Origin: the human T2T-CHM13v2.0 reference genome, Homo sapiens
Length of the DNA: 64,000 nucleotides
NCBI RefSeq assembly: GCF_009914755.1
Contig: NC_060938.1
Direction: 5' to 3' (one strand)
Below are positions 28,097 to 41,200 of this stretch, one piece after another. A model generated the notes under the pieces. It searched no databases. It was not told where the DNA came from and worked only from the letters and a program-made list of their open reading frames with translations. The translations under genes and the position numbers were made by a program. Each line of letters opens with the position of its first letter. The stretch's first letter is position 1.

Positions 28097-31000
28097 CCAC
28101 TCGGTGTTGATTCAAATCCATGCTATTCCATTCCATTCCATTCCATTACATTCCACTCGAGTTGATTCAATTCCATTCTATTCCCTTTCATTCCATTCCA
28201 CTCCATTCCCTTCCATTCCATTCCACTCAGGTTAATTTAATTCAATTCTATTCCGTTCCATTCCATTCCATTCCTTTACACTCGGGTTGATTCAATTCCA
28301 CTCCCTTGCATTTCACTACGTTCCATTTCATTCCATTCAATTCCATTGATTCCATTCGTGTTGATTCCATTCCATTACATTCCATTACATTCCTTTCCTT
28401 TCCATTCCCTTCCATTCCATTCCACTGCACTCCATTCCATTCCATTCCGTTAAATTCCATTCCCTTCCATTCCACAAGGGAGTTGATTTAATTCCATTCT
28501 ATTCCATTCTATTCCATTGTATTCCATTCCATTCCATTCCATTCCGTTCTATTCCACTCCATTCCATTCCTTTCCATTCCATTCCATTCCATTCCATACC
28601 ACGTGGGTTGATTCAATTCCATTCTATTCCATTGCATTCCATTGCATTCCATTCCATTCCATTTCATTCCCTTCCATTCCACTCAGGTTGATTCAATTCC
28701 GTTCTATTCTACTCCATTCCATTCCTTTCAATTCCATTCCACTTGGGTTGATTCAATTCCTTTCTATTCCACTCCATACCATTAAATTCGATTCCATTCC
28801 ATTCCATTCCCCTCCATTCCATTCCATTCCACAGGGGTTGATTCAATTCCTATCTGTTCCATTCCAGTCCTTTCCATTCAATTCCATTCCATTCCATTCC
28901 ATTCCACTCCATTCATTTCCTTTCCATTCCATTCCATTCCATTCCATCCCATCCCATTCTGTTCCACTCGGGGTTGATTCAAATCCATTCTATTCCATTC
29001 CATTCTATTCCATTCCATTCCATTCAACTCGGGTATACTCAATTGCATTCTGTTGTATTCCATTCCATTCCATTCCATTCCATTCCATTCCATTCCATTC
29101 CACTCCATTCTACTCATGTTAATGTAATTCATTTCTATTCCATTCCATTACATTACATTACATTCCACTCCATTCCATTCGGTTTGATTCCATTCCATTC
29201 TATTCAATTACATTCCTTTCCTTTCCATACCATTCCATTCCATTGCATTCCCCTTGGGTTTATTCAGTTGCATACTATTCCATTCCATTCCATTCCATTC
29301 CATTCCATTCCATTCCATTCCATTCCATTCCACTCTGGTTGATTCCATTCAATTCTATTCCATTCCATTCCATTCCAATCGAGCAGTTTCAATTCCATTC
29401 TATACCACTCCATTCCATTCCATTCCATTCCATTCCATTCCATTCCATTCCATTCCATTACATTCGGGTTGATTCAATTCCATTCTATACCTTTCCATTC
29501 CATTCCATTCCATTCCATTTCGTTCAATTGCGCTCGAGTTGATTCAATTCCATTCTATTCCATTCCATTACATTCCATTCTACTCTGGTGGGTTCCATTA
29601 CATTCCTTTCCATTCGATTCAATTCCCTTCCACTCTATTCCATTCCATTCCATTCCATTCCATTCTACTCTGGTGGGTTCCATTACTTTCCTTTCCGTTC
29701 GATTCCATTCCATTCCATTCCATTCCATTCCACTCCATTCCATTCCATTCCATTCCAATGAATTCCTTTCCTTTCCATTCCATTCCATTTAATTCCACTC
29801 GGGATGATTCATTTCCATTGAATTCCATTCCATTCCATTCCTTTCCCCTCGGGTTGATTCAATTCCATTCTACTCCATTCCATTCCATTCCATTCCATTC
29901 CATTCCATTCCATTCCATTCCATTCCATTTCATTCCATTCCATTCCATTCCATTCCATTCCATTCTATTCCATTCCATTACACACGGGTTGATTCAATTC
30001 CCTTCTATTCCATTTCATTCCATTTAACCCCATTCCATTCCATTCCATTCCATCCCATTCCATTGCATTCCGCTCGGATTGATTCAATTCCATTCTAATC
30101 CATTCCATTCCATTCCATTCCATTCCATTCCATTCCATTCCGCTCGTGTTCATTCAATTCCATTCTATTCCATTCCACTCCATTCCACTCGGGTTGATTC
30201 CATTCCACTCCATTCCATTCCATTCCATTCCATTCCATTCCATTCCATTCGATTCCATTCCTTTCCATTCCACACAGGTTAATTCAATTCAATTCTATTG
30301 CATTCGATTCCATTCCATTGCCTTTCATTCTATTCCACTCGGGTTGATTCAATTCCATTCTATTGCATTTCACTACATTGCATTCCATTCCATTCCTTTC
30401 CACCCCATAGCATTCTATTCCACTGCATTCCATTCGGGTTGATTCCATTCCATTCCATTGCATTCCATTCCATTCCATTCCATTCCATTCCATTCCATTC
30501 CATTCCATTCCATCCCTTTGCTTTCCATTCCATTCAATTCCATTCCACTCGGGTTGAATCAATTCCATTGTATTGAATTCCATTCCATTCCATTCCATTC
30601 CATTCCATTCCATTCCATGCCATGCCATTAAATTCCATTGCAATCCACTCGGGTTGATTCAGTTCCATTTTATTCCATTCCATGCCATTCCATTCCATTC
30701 CACTCGGATTGATTCAATTCCATTCTAATCAATTCCATTCCATTCCATTCCATTCCATTCCATTCCGCTCGTGTTCATTCAATTCCATTCTATTCCATTC
30801 CATTCCATGCCATTCCATTCCATTCCATTCCATTCCATTCCATTCCATTCCATTCCATTTCATTCCATTCGGGTTGATTCAATTCCATTCTATGCCATTC
30901 CATTCCATTCCATTCCATTCCGCTCGGGTTGATTCAATTCCATTCTATTCCCTTCCATTCCATTCTATTCGGGTAGATTCCATTACTTTCTTTTCCATTC

Positions 31001-33564
31001 GATTCGATTCCATTCCATTCCATTCCATTCCAGTCCATTCCCTTCCTTTCCATTCCATTCCAATGAATTCCACTTGGGTTGATTCATTTCCATTCAATTC
31101 CTTTCCATTCCATTCAGTTCCTTTCCACTCCGGTTGATTCAATTCCATTCTATTCCATTGCATTCCATTCCATTCCAATCCATTTCATTCCACACGTGTT
31201 GTTTTGATTCCGTTCTATCCCATTGCATTCCATTTAACTCCATTGCATTCCATTCCATTCCATTCCATTCCATTCCATTGCATTCCATTCCATTCCTTTC
31301 CATTCCATTCCACTCGGGTTGATCCCATTCATTTCTAATCCATTCCATTCCATTCCATTCCATTCCATTCCATTCCATTCCATTCCATTCCATTCCATTC
31401 CAATCAAGTAGTTTCAAATCCATTCTATACCACTCCATTCCATTTCATTCAATTCCATTCCATTCCATTCCATTCCATTCCATTCTATTCCACTCCGGTT
31501 TACTCAATTTCATTATATTCTATTCCATTCCATTCAATTCAATTCCATTCCTCTCGGGTGGATTCTATTCCATTCTGTTCCATTCCATTCCATTCCGATC
31601 CACTCGGGTTGATTAAATACCATTATATTCCATTCCATTCCATTCCATTCCATTCCATTCCATTCCATTCCATTCCATTCCGATTCACTCAGGTTGATTA
31701 AATACCATTTTATTCCATTAAATTCCATTCCATTCCATTCCATTCCATACCATTCCATTCCATTAAACTCCGTTTAAATGAATTCCAGTCTCTTCCATTC
31801 CATTCCATTCCATTCCACTCGGGTTAGTTCCATTTCATTCCATTCCATTACCTTCCATTCCATTATATTCCATTCCACTCGGCTTGATTCAATTCCTTTC
31901 TATTCCGTTCCATTCAGTTACATTCCATTCCATTGCATTCCATACCTTTGCATACCTTTCGACTCGGTGTTGATTCATATTCATTCCATTCCATTCCCTT
32001 CCATTCCATTCCATTCCATTCCACTTGGCTTGATTCAATTCCATTCTATTCCATTACATTCCATTCCATTCCACTCCATTCCTTTCCATTCCATTCCACT
32101 CAGGTTAATTCAATTCTATTCTATTCCATTCCATTCCATTCCATTCCGTTCAATTCCACTCGGTTTGATTCAATTCCATTCTATTCCATTCCATTCTACT
32201 CGGGTCGATTCCATAACTTTCCTTTCCATTCGATTCCATTCCATTCCCTTCCTTTCCATTCCATTCCATTTAATTCCACTCGGGTTGATTCATTACCATT
32301 TAATTCCATTCCATTACATTCCTTTCCACTCGGGTTGATTCAGTTCCATTCTATTCCATTCCTCTCCATTCCATTCTATTCCATTACACACTGGTTGATT
32401 CAATTCCATTCTATTCCATTGCATTCCATTTAACTCCATTCCATTCCATTCCATTCCATGCCATTCCATTCCATTCTACTCGGGTTGATTCCATTCCATT
32501 CCATTCCATTCCATTCCCTTCCATTCCATTCCGCTCGTGTTCATTCAATTCCATTCTATTCCATTCCATTCCATTCCATTCCTTTCCATTCCATTCCATT
32601 CCATTCCATTCGGGTTGATTCAATTCCATTCTATGCCATTCCATTCCATTCCTTTCCATTCCTTTCCATTCAATTCCATTGCGTTCCATTCAGCTCAGGT
32701 TGATTCAATTCCATTCTATTCCATTCCATTCCATTCCATTCTACTCGGGTGGATTCCATTACTTTCATTTCCATTCGATTCCATTCCATTCCATTCCACT
32801 CCATTCCCTTCTTTACGTTCCATTCCAATGAAACCCACTCGGGTTGATTCCATTCCATTCCATTCCATTCCATTCCATTCCATTCCATTCCATTCCATTC
32901 CATTCCTTTCCACTCGGGTTGATTCAATTCCTTTCTATTCCATTCCATTCCATTCCATTCCAATCGATTCCATTCCACACGGGTTGATTCAATTCCGTTC
33001 TATTCCATTGCATTCCATTTACCTCCATTATATTCCATTCCATTCCATTCGATTCCATTCCACTAGGGTTGATTCCATTCATTTCTATTACATTCCATTC
33101 CATTCCATTCCATTCCATTCCATTCCATTCCACTCCGGTTGACTCAATTCCATTATATTGAATTCCATTCCATTCCATTCCATTCCATTCCATTCCATTC
33201 CATTCAATTCCTCTCGGGTTGAGTCGATTCCATTCTGTTCCATTCTATTCCATTCCATTCCATTCCGATCCACTTGGGTTGATTAAATACCAATATATTC
33301 CATTCCATTCCATTCCATTCCATTGCATTCCATTCCATTCCGTTCCATAACATTCCATTAAACTCGGTTTAAATGAATTCCAGTCTATTCCATTCCAATC
33401 AATTCCATTCCATTCCATTCCACTCGGGTTAGTTGCATTTCATTCCATTCCATTCCATTCCATTCCATTTTATTCCAATCCACTCGGGTTGGTTCAATTC
33501 CATTCTATTCCATTCCATTCAATTCCATTCCATTCCATTCCATTCCATACCATTCCATCCCATT
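28097..33564 (+). repeat. HOR subunit B (5,468 bp; 5,453 bp at 45407-50859)
   Basis: Same landmark. The B tail is near-identical to the A tail (identical 186-aa translations at 26325 and 31778, offset 5453). Confidence 0.85.
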
Positions 33565-36500
33565 CCACTCGGTGTTGATTCAAATCCATGCTATTCCATT
33601 CCATTCCATTCCATTACATTACATTCCACTCGAGTTGATTCAATTCCATTCTATTCCCTTTCATTCCATTCCACTCCATTCCCTTCCATTCCATTCCACT
33701 CAGGTTAATTTAATTCAATTCTATTCCGTTCCATTCCATTCCATTCCTTTACACTCGGGTTGATTCAATTCCACTCCCTTGCATTTCACTACGTTCCATT
33801 TCATTCCATTCAATTCCATTGATTCCATTCGTGTTGATTCCATTCCATTACATTCCATTACATTCCTTTCCTTTCCATTCCCTTCCATTCCATTCCACTG
33901 CACTCCATTCCATTCCATTCCGTTAAAATCCATTCCCTTCCATTCCACAAGGGAGTTGATTTAATTCCATTCTATTCCATTCTATTCCATTGTATTCCAT
34001 TCCATTCCATTCCATTCCGTTCTATTCCACTCCATTCCATTCCTTTCCATTCCATTCCATTCCATTCCATACCACGTGGGTTGATTCAATTCCATTCTAT
34101 TCCATTGCATTCCATTGCATTCCATTCCATTCCATTTCATTCCCTTCCATTCCACTCAGGTTGATTCAATTCCGTTCTATTCTACTCCATTCCATTCCTT
34201 TCAATTCCATTCCACTTGGGTTGATTCAATTCCTTTCTATTCCACTCCATTCCATTAAATTCGATTCCATTCCATTCCATTCCCCTCCATTCCATTCCAT
34301 TCCACAGGGGTTGATTCAATTCCTATCTGTTCCATTCCAGTCCTTTCCATTCAATTCCATTCCATTCCATTCCATTCCACTCCATTCATTTCCTTTCCAT
34401 TCCATTCCATTCCATTCCATCCCATCCCATTCTGTTCCACTCGAGGTTGATTCAAATCCATTCTATTCCATTCCATTCCATTCAACTCGGGTATACTCAA
34501 TTGCATTCTGTTGTATTCCATTCCATTCCATTCCATTCCATTCCATTCCACTCCATTCCACTCATGTTAATATAATTCATTTCTATTCCATTCCATTCCA
34601 TTACATTACATTCCACTCCATTCCATTCGGTTTGATTCCATTCCATTCTATTCAATTACATTCCTTTCCTTTCCATACCATTCCATTCCATTGCATTCCC
34701 CTTGGGTTTATTCAGTTGCATTCTATTCCATTCCATTCCATTCCATTCCATTCCATTCCATTCCATTCCATTCCATTCCACTCTGGTTGATTCCATTCAA
34801 TTCTATTCCATTCCATTCCATTCCAATCGAGCAGTTTCAATTCCATTCTATACCACTCCATTCCATTCCATTCCATTCCATTCCATTCCATTCCATTCCA
34901 GGCCATTCCATTCCATTCCACTCGGGTTGATTCAATTCCAGTATAATACATTCCATTCCATTCCGCTCGTGTTCATTCAATTCCATTCTATTCCATTCCA
35001 TTCCATTCCATTCCATTCCATTCCATTCCATTCGGGTTGATTCAATTCCATTCTATACCTTTCCATTCCATTCCATTCCATTCCATTTCGTTCAATTGCG
35101 CTCGAGTTGATTCAATTCCATTCTATTCCATTCCATTACATTCCATTCTACTCTGGTGGGTTCCATTACATTCCTTTCCATTCGATTCAATTCCCTTCCA
35201 CTCTATTCCATTCCATTCCATTCCATTCCATTCTACTCTGGTGGGTTCCATTACTTTCCTTTCCATTCGATTCCATTCCATTCCATTCCATTCCATTCCA
35301 TTCCATTCCATTCCATTACATTACATTTCACTGAATTCCCTTCCTTTCCATTCCATTCCATTTAATTCCACTCGGGATGATTCATTTCCATTGAATTCCA
35401 TTCCATTGCATTCCTTTCCCCTCGGGTTGATTCAATTCCATTCTACTCCATTCCATTCCATTCCATTCCATTCCATTCCATTCCATTCCGCTCATGTTCA
35501 TTCAATTCCATTCTATTCCATTCCATTCCATTCCTTTCCTTTCCTTTGCATTCCATTCCATTCGGGTTGATTCAATTCCATTCTATGCCTTTACATTCCA
35601 TTCCATTTCATTCCTTTCCATTCAATTCCATTGCGTTCCATTCAGCTCGGGTTGATTCATTTCCATTCTATTCCATTCCATTCCATTCCATTCTACTCGG
35701 GTGGATTCCATTACTTTCATTTCCATTCGATTCCATTCCATTCCATTCCACTCCATTCCCTTCCTTTCGTTCCATTCCAATGAAACCCACTCGGGTTCAT
35801 TCCATTCCATTCCATTCCATTCCATTCCATTCCATTCCATTCCATTCCGTACCTTTCCACTCAGGTTGATTCAATTCCATTCTATTCCATTCCATTCCAT
35901 TCTACTCGGGTATACTCAATTGCATTCTGTTGTATTCCACTCCATTCCATTCCATTCTACTCCATTTCACTCATGTTAATGCAATTCATTTCTATTCCAT
36001 TCCATTCCATTACATTACATTCCACTCCATTCCATTCGGTTTGATTCCATTCCATTCTATTCAATTACATTCCTTTCCTTTCCATGCCATTCCATTCCAT
36101 TGCATTCCACTAGGGTTTATTCAGTTGCATTCTATTCCATTCCATTCCATTCCATTCCATTCCATTCCATTCCATTCCATTCCATTCCATTCCACTCTGG
36201 TTGATTCCATTCAATTCTATTCCATTCCATTCCATTCCAATCGAGCAGTTTGAATTCCATTCTGTACCACTCCATTCCATTTCATTCAATTCCATTCCAT
36301 TCCATTCTATTTCACTCTGGGTGACTCAATTCCATTATATTCTATTCCATTCCATTCAATTCCATTCCTCTCAGGTTGATTCGATTCTGTTGTTTTCCAT
36401 TCCATTCCTTTCCATTCCATTCCATTCCACCCGGGTTGATTAAATACTATTATATTCCATTCGATTCCATTCCATTCCATTCCATTCCATTCCATTTCAT

Positions 36501-38205
36501 TCCATACCATTCCATTCCATTCCATACCATTCCATTCCATTCCACTCGGTTTAAATGAATTCCAGTCTATTCCATTCCATTCCATTCCATTCCATTCCAT
36601 TCCATTCCAGGCCATTCCATTCCATTCCACTCGGGTTGATTCAATTCCATTCTAATACATTCCATTCCATTCCATTCCCTTCCGCTCGTGTTCATTCAAT
36701 TCCATTCTATTCCATTCCATTCCATTCCATTCCATTCCAATCCATTCCATTCCATTCGGGTTGATTCAGTTCCATTCTATACCATTCCATTCCATTCCAT
36801 TCCATTTCGTTCAATTGCGCTCGAGTTGATTCAATTCCATTCTATTCCATACCATTACATTCCATTCTACTCTGGTGGGTTCCATTACTTTCCTTTCCAT
36901 TCGATTCCATTCGATTCCATTCCATTCCATTCCATTCTATTCCATTCCATTCCATTCTACTCTGGTGGGTTCCATTACTTTCCTTTCCATTCGATTCCAT
37001 TCCATTCCATTCCATTCCATTCCATTATATTCCATTCCATTACATTACATTCCATTCCACTGAACTCCCTTCCTTTCCATTCCATTCCATTTAATTCCAC
37101 TCGGGATGTTTCATTTCCATTGAATTCCATTCCATTCCATTCCTTTCCCCTCGGGTTGATTCAATTCCCTTCTACTCCATTCCATTCCATTCCATTCCAT
37201 TCCATTCCGCTCGTGTTCATTCAATTCCATTCTATTCCATTCCATTCCATTCCTTTCCATTCCATTCCATTCCATTCCGTTCGGGTTGATTCAATTCCAT
37301 TCTATGCCATTCCATTCCATTGCATTCCATTCCTTTCCATTCAATTCCATTGCGTTCCATTCAGCTCTGGTTGATTCAATTCCATTCTATTCCATTCCAT
37401 TCCATTCCATTCTACTCGGGTGGATTCCATTACTTTCATTTCCATTCCATTCCATTCCATTCCATTCCACTCCATTCCCTTCCTTTCGTTCCATTACAAT
37501 GAAACCCACTCGGGTTGATTCCATTCCATTCCATTCCATTCCTTTCCATTCCATTCCATTCCATTGCATTCCATTCCGTTCCTTTCCACTCGGGTTGATT
37601 CAATTCCATTCTATTCCATTCCGTTCCATTCCATTCCAATCGATTCCATTCCACTAGGGTTGATTCAATTCCGTTCTATTCCATTGCATTCCATTTACCT
37701 CCATTGCATTCCATTCCATTCCATTCGATTCCATTCCACTAGGGTTGATTCCATTCATTGCTATTCCATTCCATTCCATTCCATTCAATTCCACTGCGGT
37801 TGACTCAATTCCATTATATTGAATTCCATTCCATTCCATTCCATTCCGTTCAATTCCTCTCGGGTTGAGTTGATTCCATTCTGTTCCATTCCAGTCCATT
37901 CCATTCCATTCCGATCCACTCGGGTTGATTAAATAGCATTATATTCCATTCCATTCCATTCCATTCCATTCCATTCCATTCCATTCCATTCCATACCATT
38001 CCATTCCATTAAACTCGGTTTAAATGAATTCCAGTCTATTCCATTCCAATCAATTCCATTCCATTCCATTCCACTCGGGTTAGTTGCATTTCATTCCATT
38101 CCATTCCATTCCATTCCACTCGGGTTGATTCAATTCCATTCTATTCCATTCCATTCAATTACATTCCATTCCTTTCCATTCCATTCCATACCATTCCATC
38201 ACATT
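33565..38205 (+). repeat. HOR subunit C (4,641 bp; 4,631 bp at 50860-55490)
   Basis: Same landmark. The C head is near-identical to the B head (compare ORFs 28248/33721 and 28517/33990). C-specific variants include CGTTAAAATCC, CTCGAGGTTG, CCAGGCCATT and CCCGGG. Confidence 0.85.
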
Positions 38206-41200
38206 CCACTCGGTGTTCATTCAAATCCATGCTATTCCATTCCATTCCATTACATTACATTCCACTCGAGTTGATTCAATTCCATTCTATTCCCTTCCAT
38301 TCCATTCCACTCCATTCCCTTCCATTCCATTCCACTCAGGTTAGTTTAATTCAATTCTATTCCGTTCCATTGCATTCCATTCCTTTACAATCGGGTTGAT
38401 TCAATTCCACTCCCTTGTATTTCACTACGTTCCATTCCATTCCATTCAATTCCATTGATTCCATTCGTGTTGATTCCATTCCATTACATTCCATTACATT
38501 CCTTTCCTTTCCATACCTTTCCATTCCGTTCCACTGCACTCCATTCCATTCCATTCCGTTAAATTCCATTCCCTTCCATTCCACAAGGGAGTTGATTTAA
38601 TTCCATTCTATTCCATTCTATTACATTGTATTCCATTCCATTCCATTCCATTCCGTTCTATTCCTCTCCATTCCATTCCTTTCCATTCCATTCCATTCCA
38701 TTCCATACCACGTGGTTTGATTCAATTCCATTCTATTCCATTGCATTCCATTCCATTTCATTCCCTTCAATTCCACTCGGGTTGAGTCAATTCCGTTCTA
38801 TTCTACTCCATTCCATTCCTTTCAATTCCATTCCACTTGGGTTGATTCACTTCCTTTCTATTCCACTCCATTCCATTAAATTCGATTCCATTCCATTTGA
38901 TTCCCCTCCATTCCATTCCATTCCACAGGGGTTGATTCAATTCCTATCTGTTCCATTCCAGTCCTTTCCATTCCATTCCATTCCATTCCATTCTATTCCA
39001 CTCCATTCATTTCCTTTCCATTCCATTCCGTTCCATTCCATCCCATCCCATTCTGTTCCACTCGGGGTTGATTCAAATCCATTCTATTCCATTCCATTCT
39101 ATTCCATTCCATTCCATTCTACTCGGGTATATTCAATTGCATTCTGTTGTATTCCATTCATTTCCATTCCATTCCATTCCATTCCATTCCATTCCATTCC
39201 ATTCCACTCATGTTAATGCAATTCATTTCTATTCCATTCCATTCCATTACATTACATTCTACTCCATTCCATTCGGTTTGATTCTATTCCATTCTATTCA
39301 ATTACATTCCTTTCCTTTCCATACCATTCCATTCCATTGCATTCCACTTGGGTTTATTCAGTTGCATTCTATGCCATTCCATTCCATTCCATTCCATTCC
39401 GTTCCATTCCATTCCATTCCATTCCACTGGGGTTGATTCCATTCAATTCTATTCCATTCCATTCCATTCCAATCGAGCAGTTTCAATTCCGTTCTATACC
39501 ACTCCATTCCATTTCATTCAATTAATTTCATTCCATTCCATTCTATTCCACTCTGGGTGACTCAATTCCACTATATTCTATTCCATTCCATTCCATTCCA
39601 TTCCATTCGACTCGGGTTGATTAAATACCATTATATTCCATTCGATTCCATTCCATTCCATTCCATTCCATTCCATTCCATTCCATTTCATTCCATACCA
39701 TTCCATTCCATTCCATACCATTCCATTCCATTCCACTCGGTTTAAATGAATTCCAGTGTATTCCATTCCATTCCATTCCATTCCATGCCATTCCATCCCA
39801 TTCCACTCGGGTTGATTGAATTCCATTCTAATACATTCCATTCCATTCCATTCCATTCCATTCCGCTCGTGTTCATTCAATTCCATTCTATTCCATTCCA
39901 TTCCATTCCATTCCATTCCTTTCCATTCCATTCGGGTTGATTCAATTCCATTCTATACCATTCCATTCCATTCCATTCCATTCCATTCCATTCCATTACG
40001 TTCAATTCCGCTCAAGTTTATTCAGTTCCATTCTATTCCATTCCATTCCATTCCATTCTACTCTGGTGGGTTGCATTACTTTCCTTTCCATTCGATTCCA
40101 TTCCATTCCATTCCATTCCATTCTATTCCATTCCATTCCATTCCATTCCATTCTACTCTGGTGGTTTCCATTACTTCCCTTTCCATTCGATTCCATTCCG
40201 TTCCATCCCATTCCATTCCATTCCATTCCACTGAATTCCCTTCCTTTCCATTCCATTCCATTTAATTCCACTCGGGATGATTCATTTCCATTGAATTCCA
40301 TTCCATTCCATTCCTTTCCCCTCGGGTTGATTCCATTCCATTCTACTCCATTCCATTCCATTCCATTCCATTCCATTCCATTCCATTCCGTTCCATTCCA
40401 TTCCATTCCATTACACACGGGTTGATTCAATTCCATTCTATTCCATTACATTCCATTTAACTCCATTCCATTCCATACCATTCCATCCCATTCCATTCCA
40501 TTCCGCTCGGATTGATACAATTCCATTCTAATCCATTCCATTCCATTCCATTCCATTCCATTGCATTCCATTCCATTCCGCTCGTGTTCATTCAATTCCA
40601 TTCTATTCCATTCCATTCCATTCCACTCGGGTTGTTTCCATTCCATTCCATTCCATTCCATTCCATTCCATTCCTTTCCATTCCACACAGGTTAATTCAA
40701 TTCAATTCTATTGCATTCGATTCCATTCTATTGCCTTTCATTCTATTCCACTCGGGTTGATTCAATTCCATTCTATTGCATTTCACTACATTGCATTCCA
40801 TTCCATTCCATTCCCCCCCATAGCATTCTATTCCACTGCATTCCATTCGGTTTGATTCCATTCCATTCCTTTCCATTCCATTCCATTCAATTCCATTCCA
40901 TCCCTTTGCTTTCCATTCCATTCAATTCCATTCCACTCGGGTTGATTCAATTCCATTGTATTGAATTCCATTCCATTCCATTCCATTACATTCCATGCCA
41001 TGCCATTCCATTCCATTGCAATCCACTCGGGTTGATTCAGTTCCATTCTATTAAATTCCATGCCATTCCATTCCATTCCACTCGGATTGATTCAATTCCA
41101 TTCTAATCCATTCCATTCCATTCCATTCCATTTCATTCCATTCCGTTCCATTCCACTCGTGTTCATTCAATTCCATTCTATTCCTTTCCATTCCATTCCA

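Larger units (their letters stand above)
20541..37910 (+). repeat. 17.3-kb higher-order repeat, copy 1 (17,370 bp)
   Basis: The rare landmark CCGATCCACTCGGGTTGATTAAATAGCATT occurs at 20541, 37911 and 55196. The ORF-track translations repeat in the same order (e.g. 20987/38357/55642, 26325/43635/60920, 28517/45827/63117). Confidence 0.95.

Noticed and set aside
32385-32397. Possible gene conversion: copy 2 subunit B reads ACACAGTGG like subunit A, while copy 1 subunit B reads ACACACTGG
   Set aside because: This is a single base. A private mutation or consensus error in copy 1 explains it equally well.
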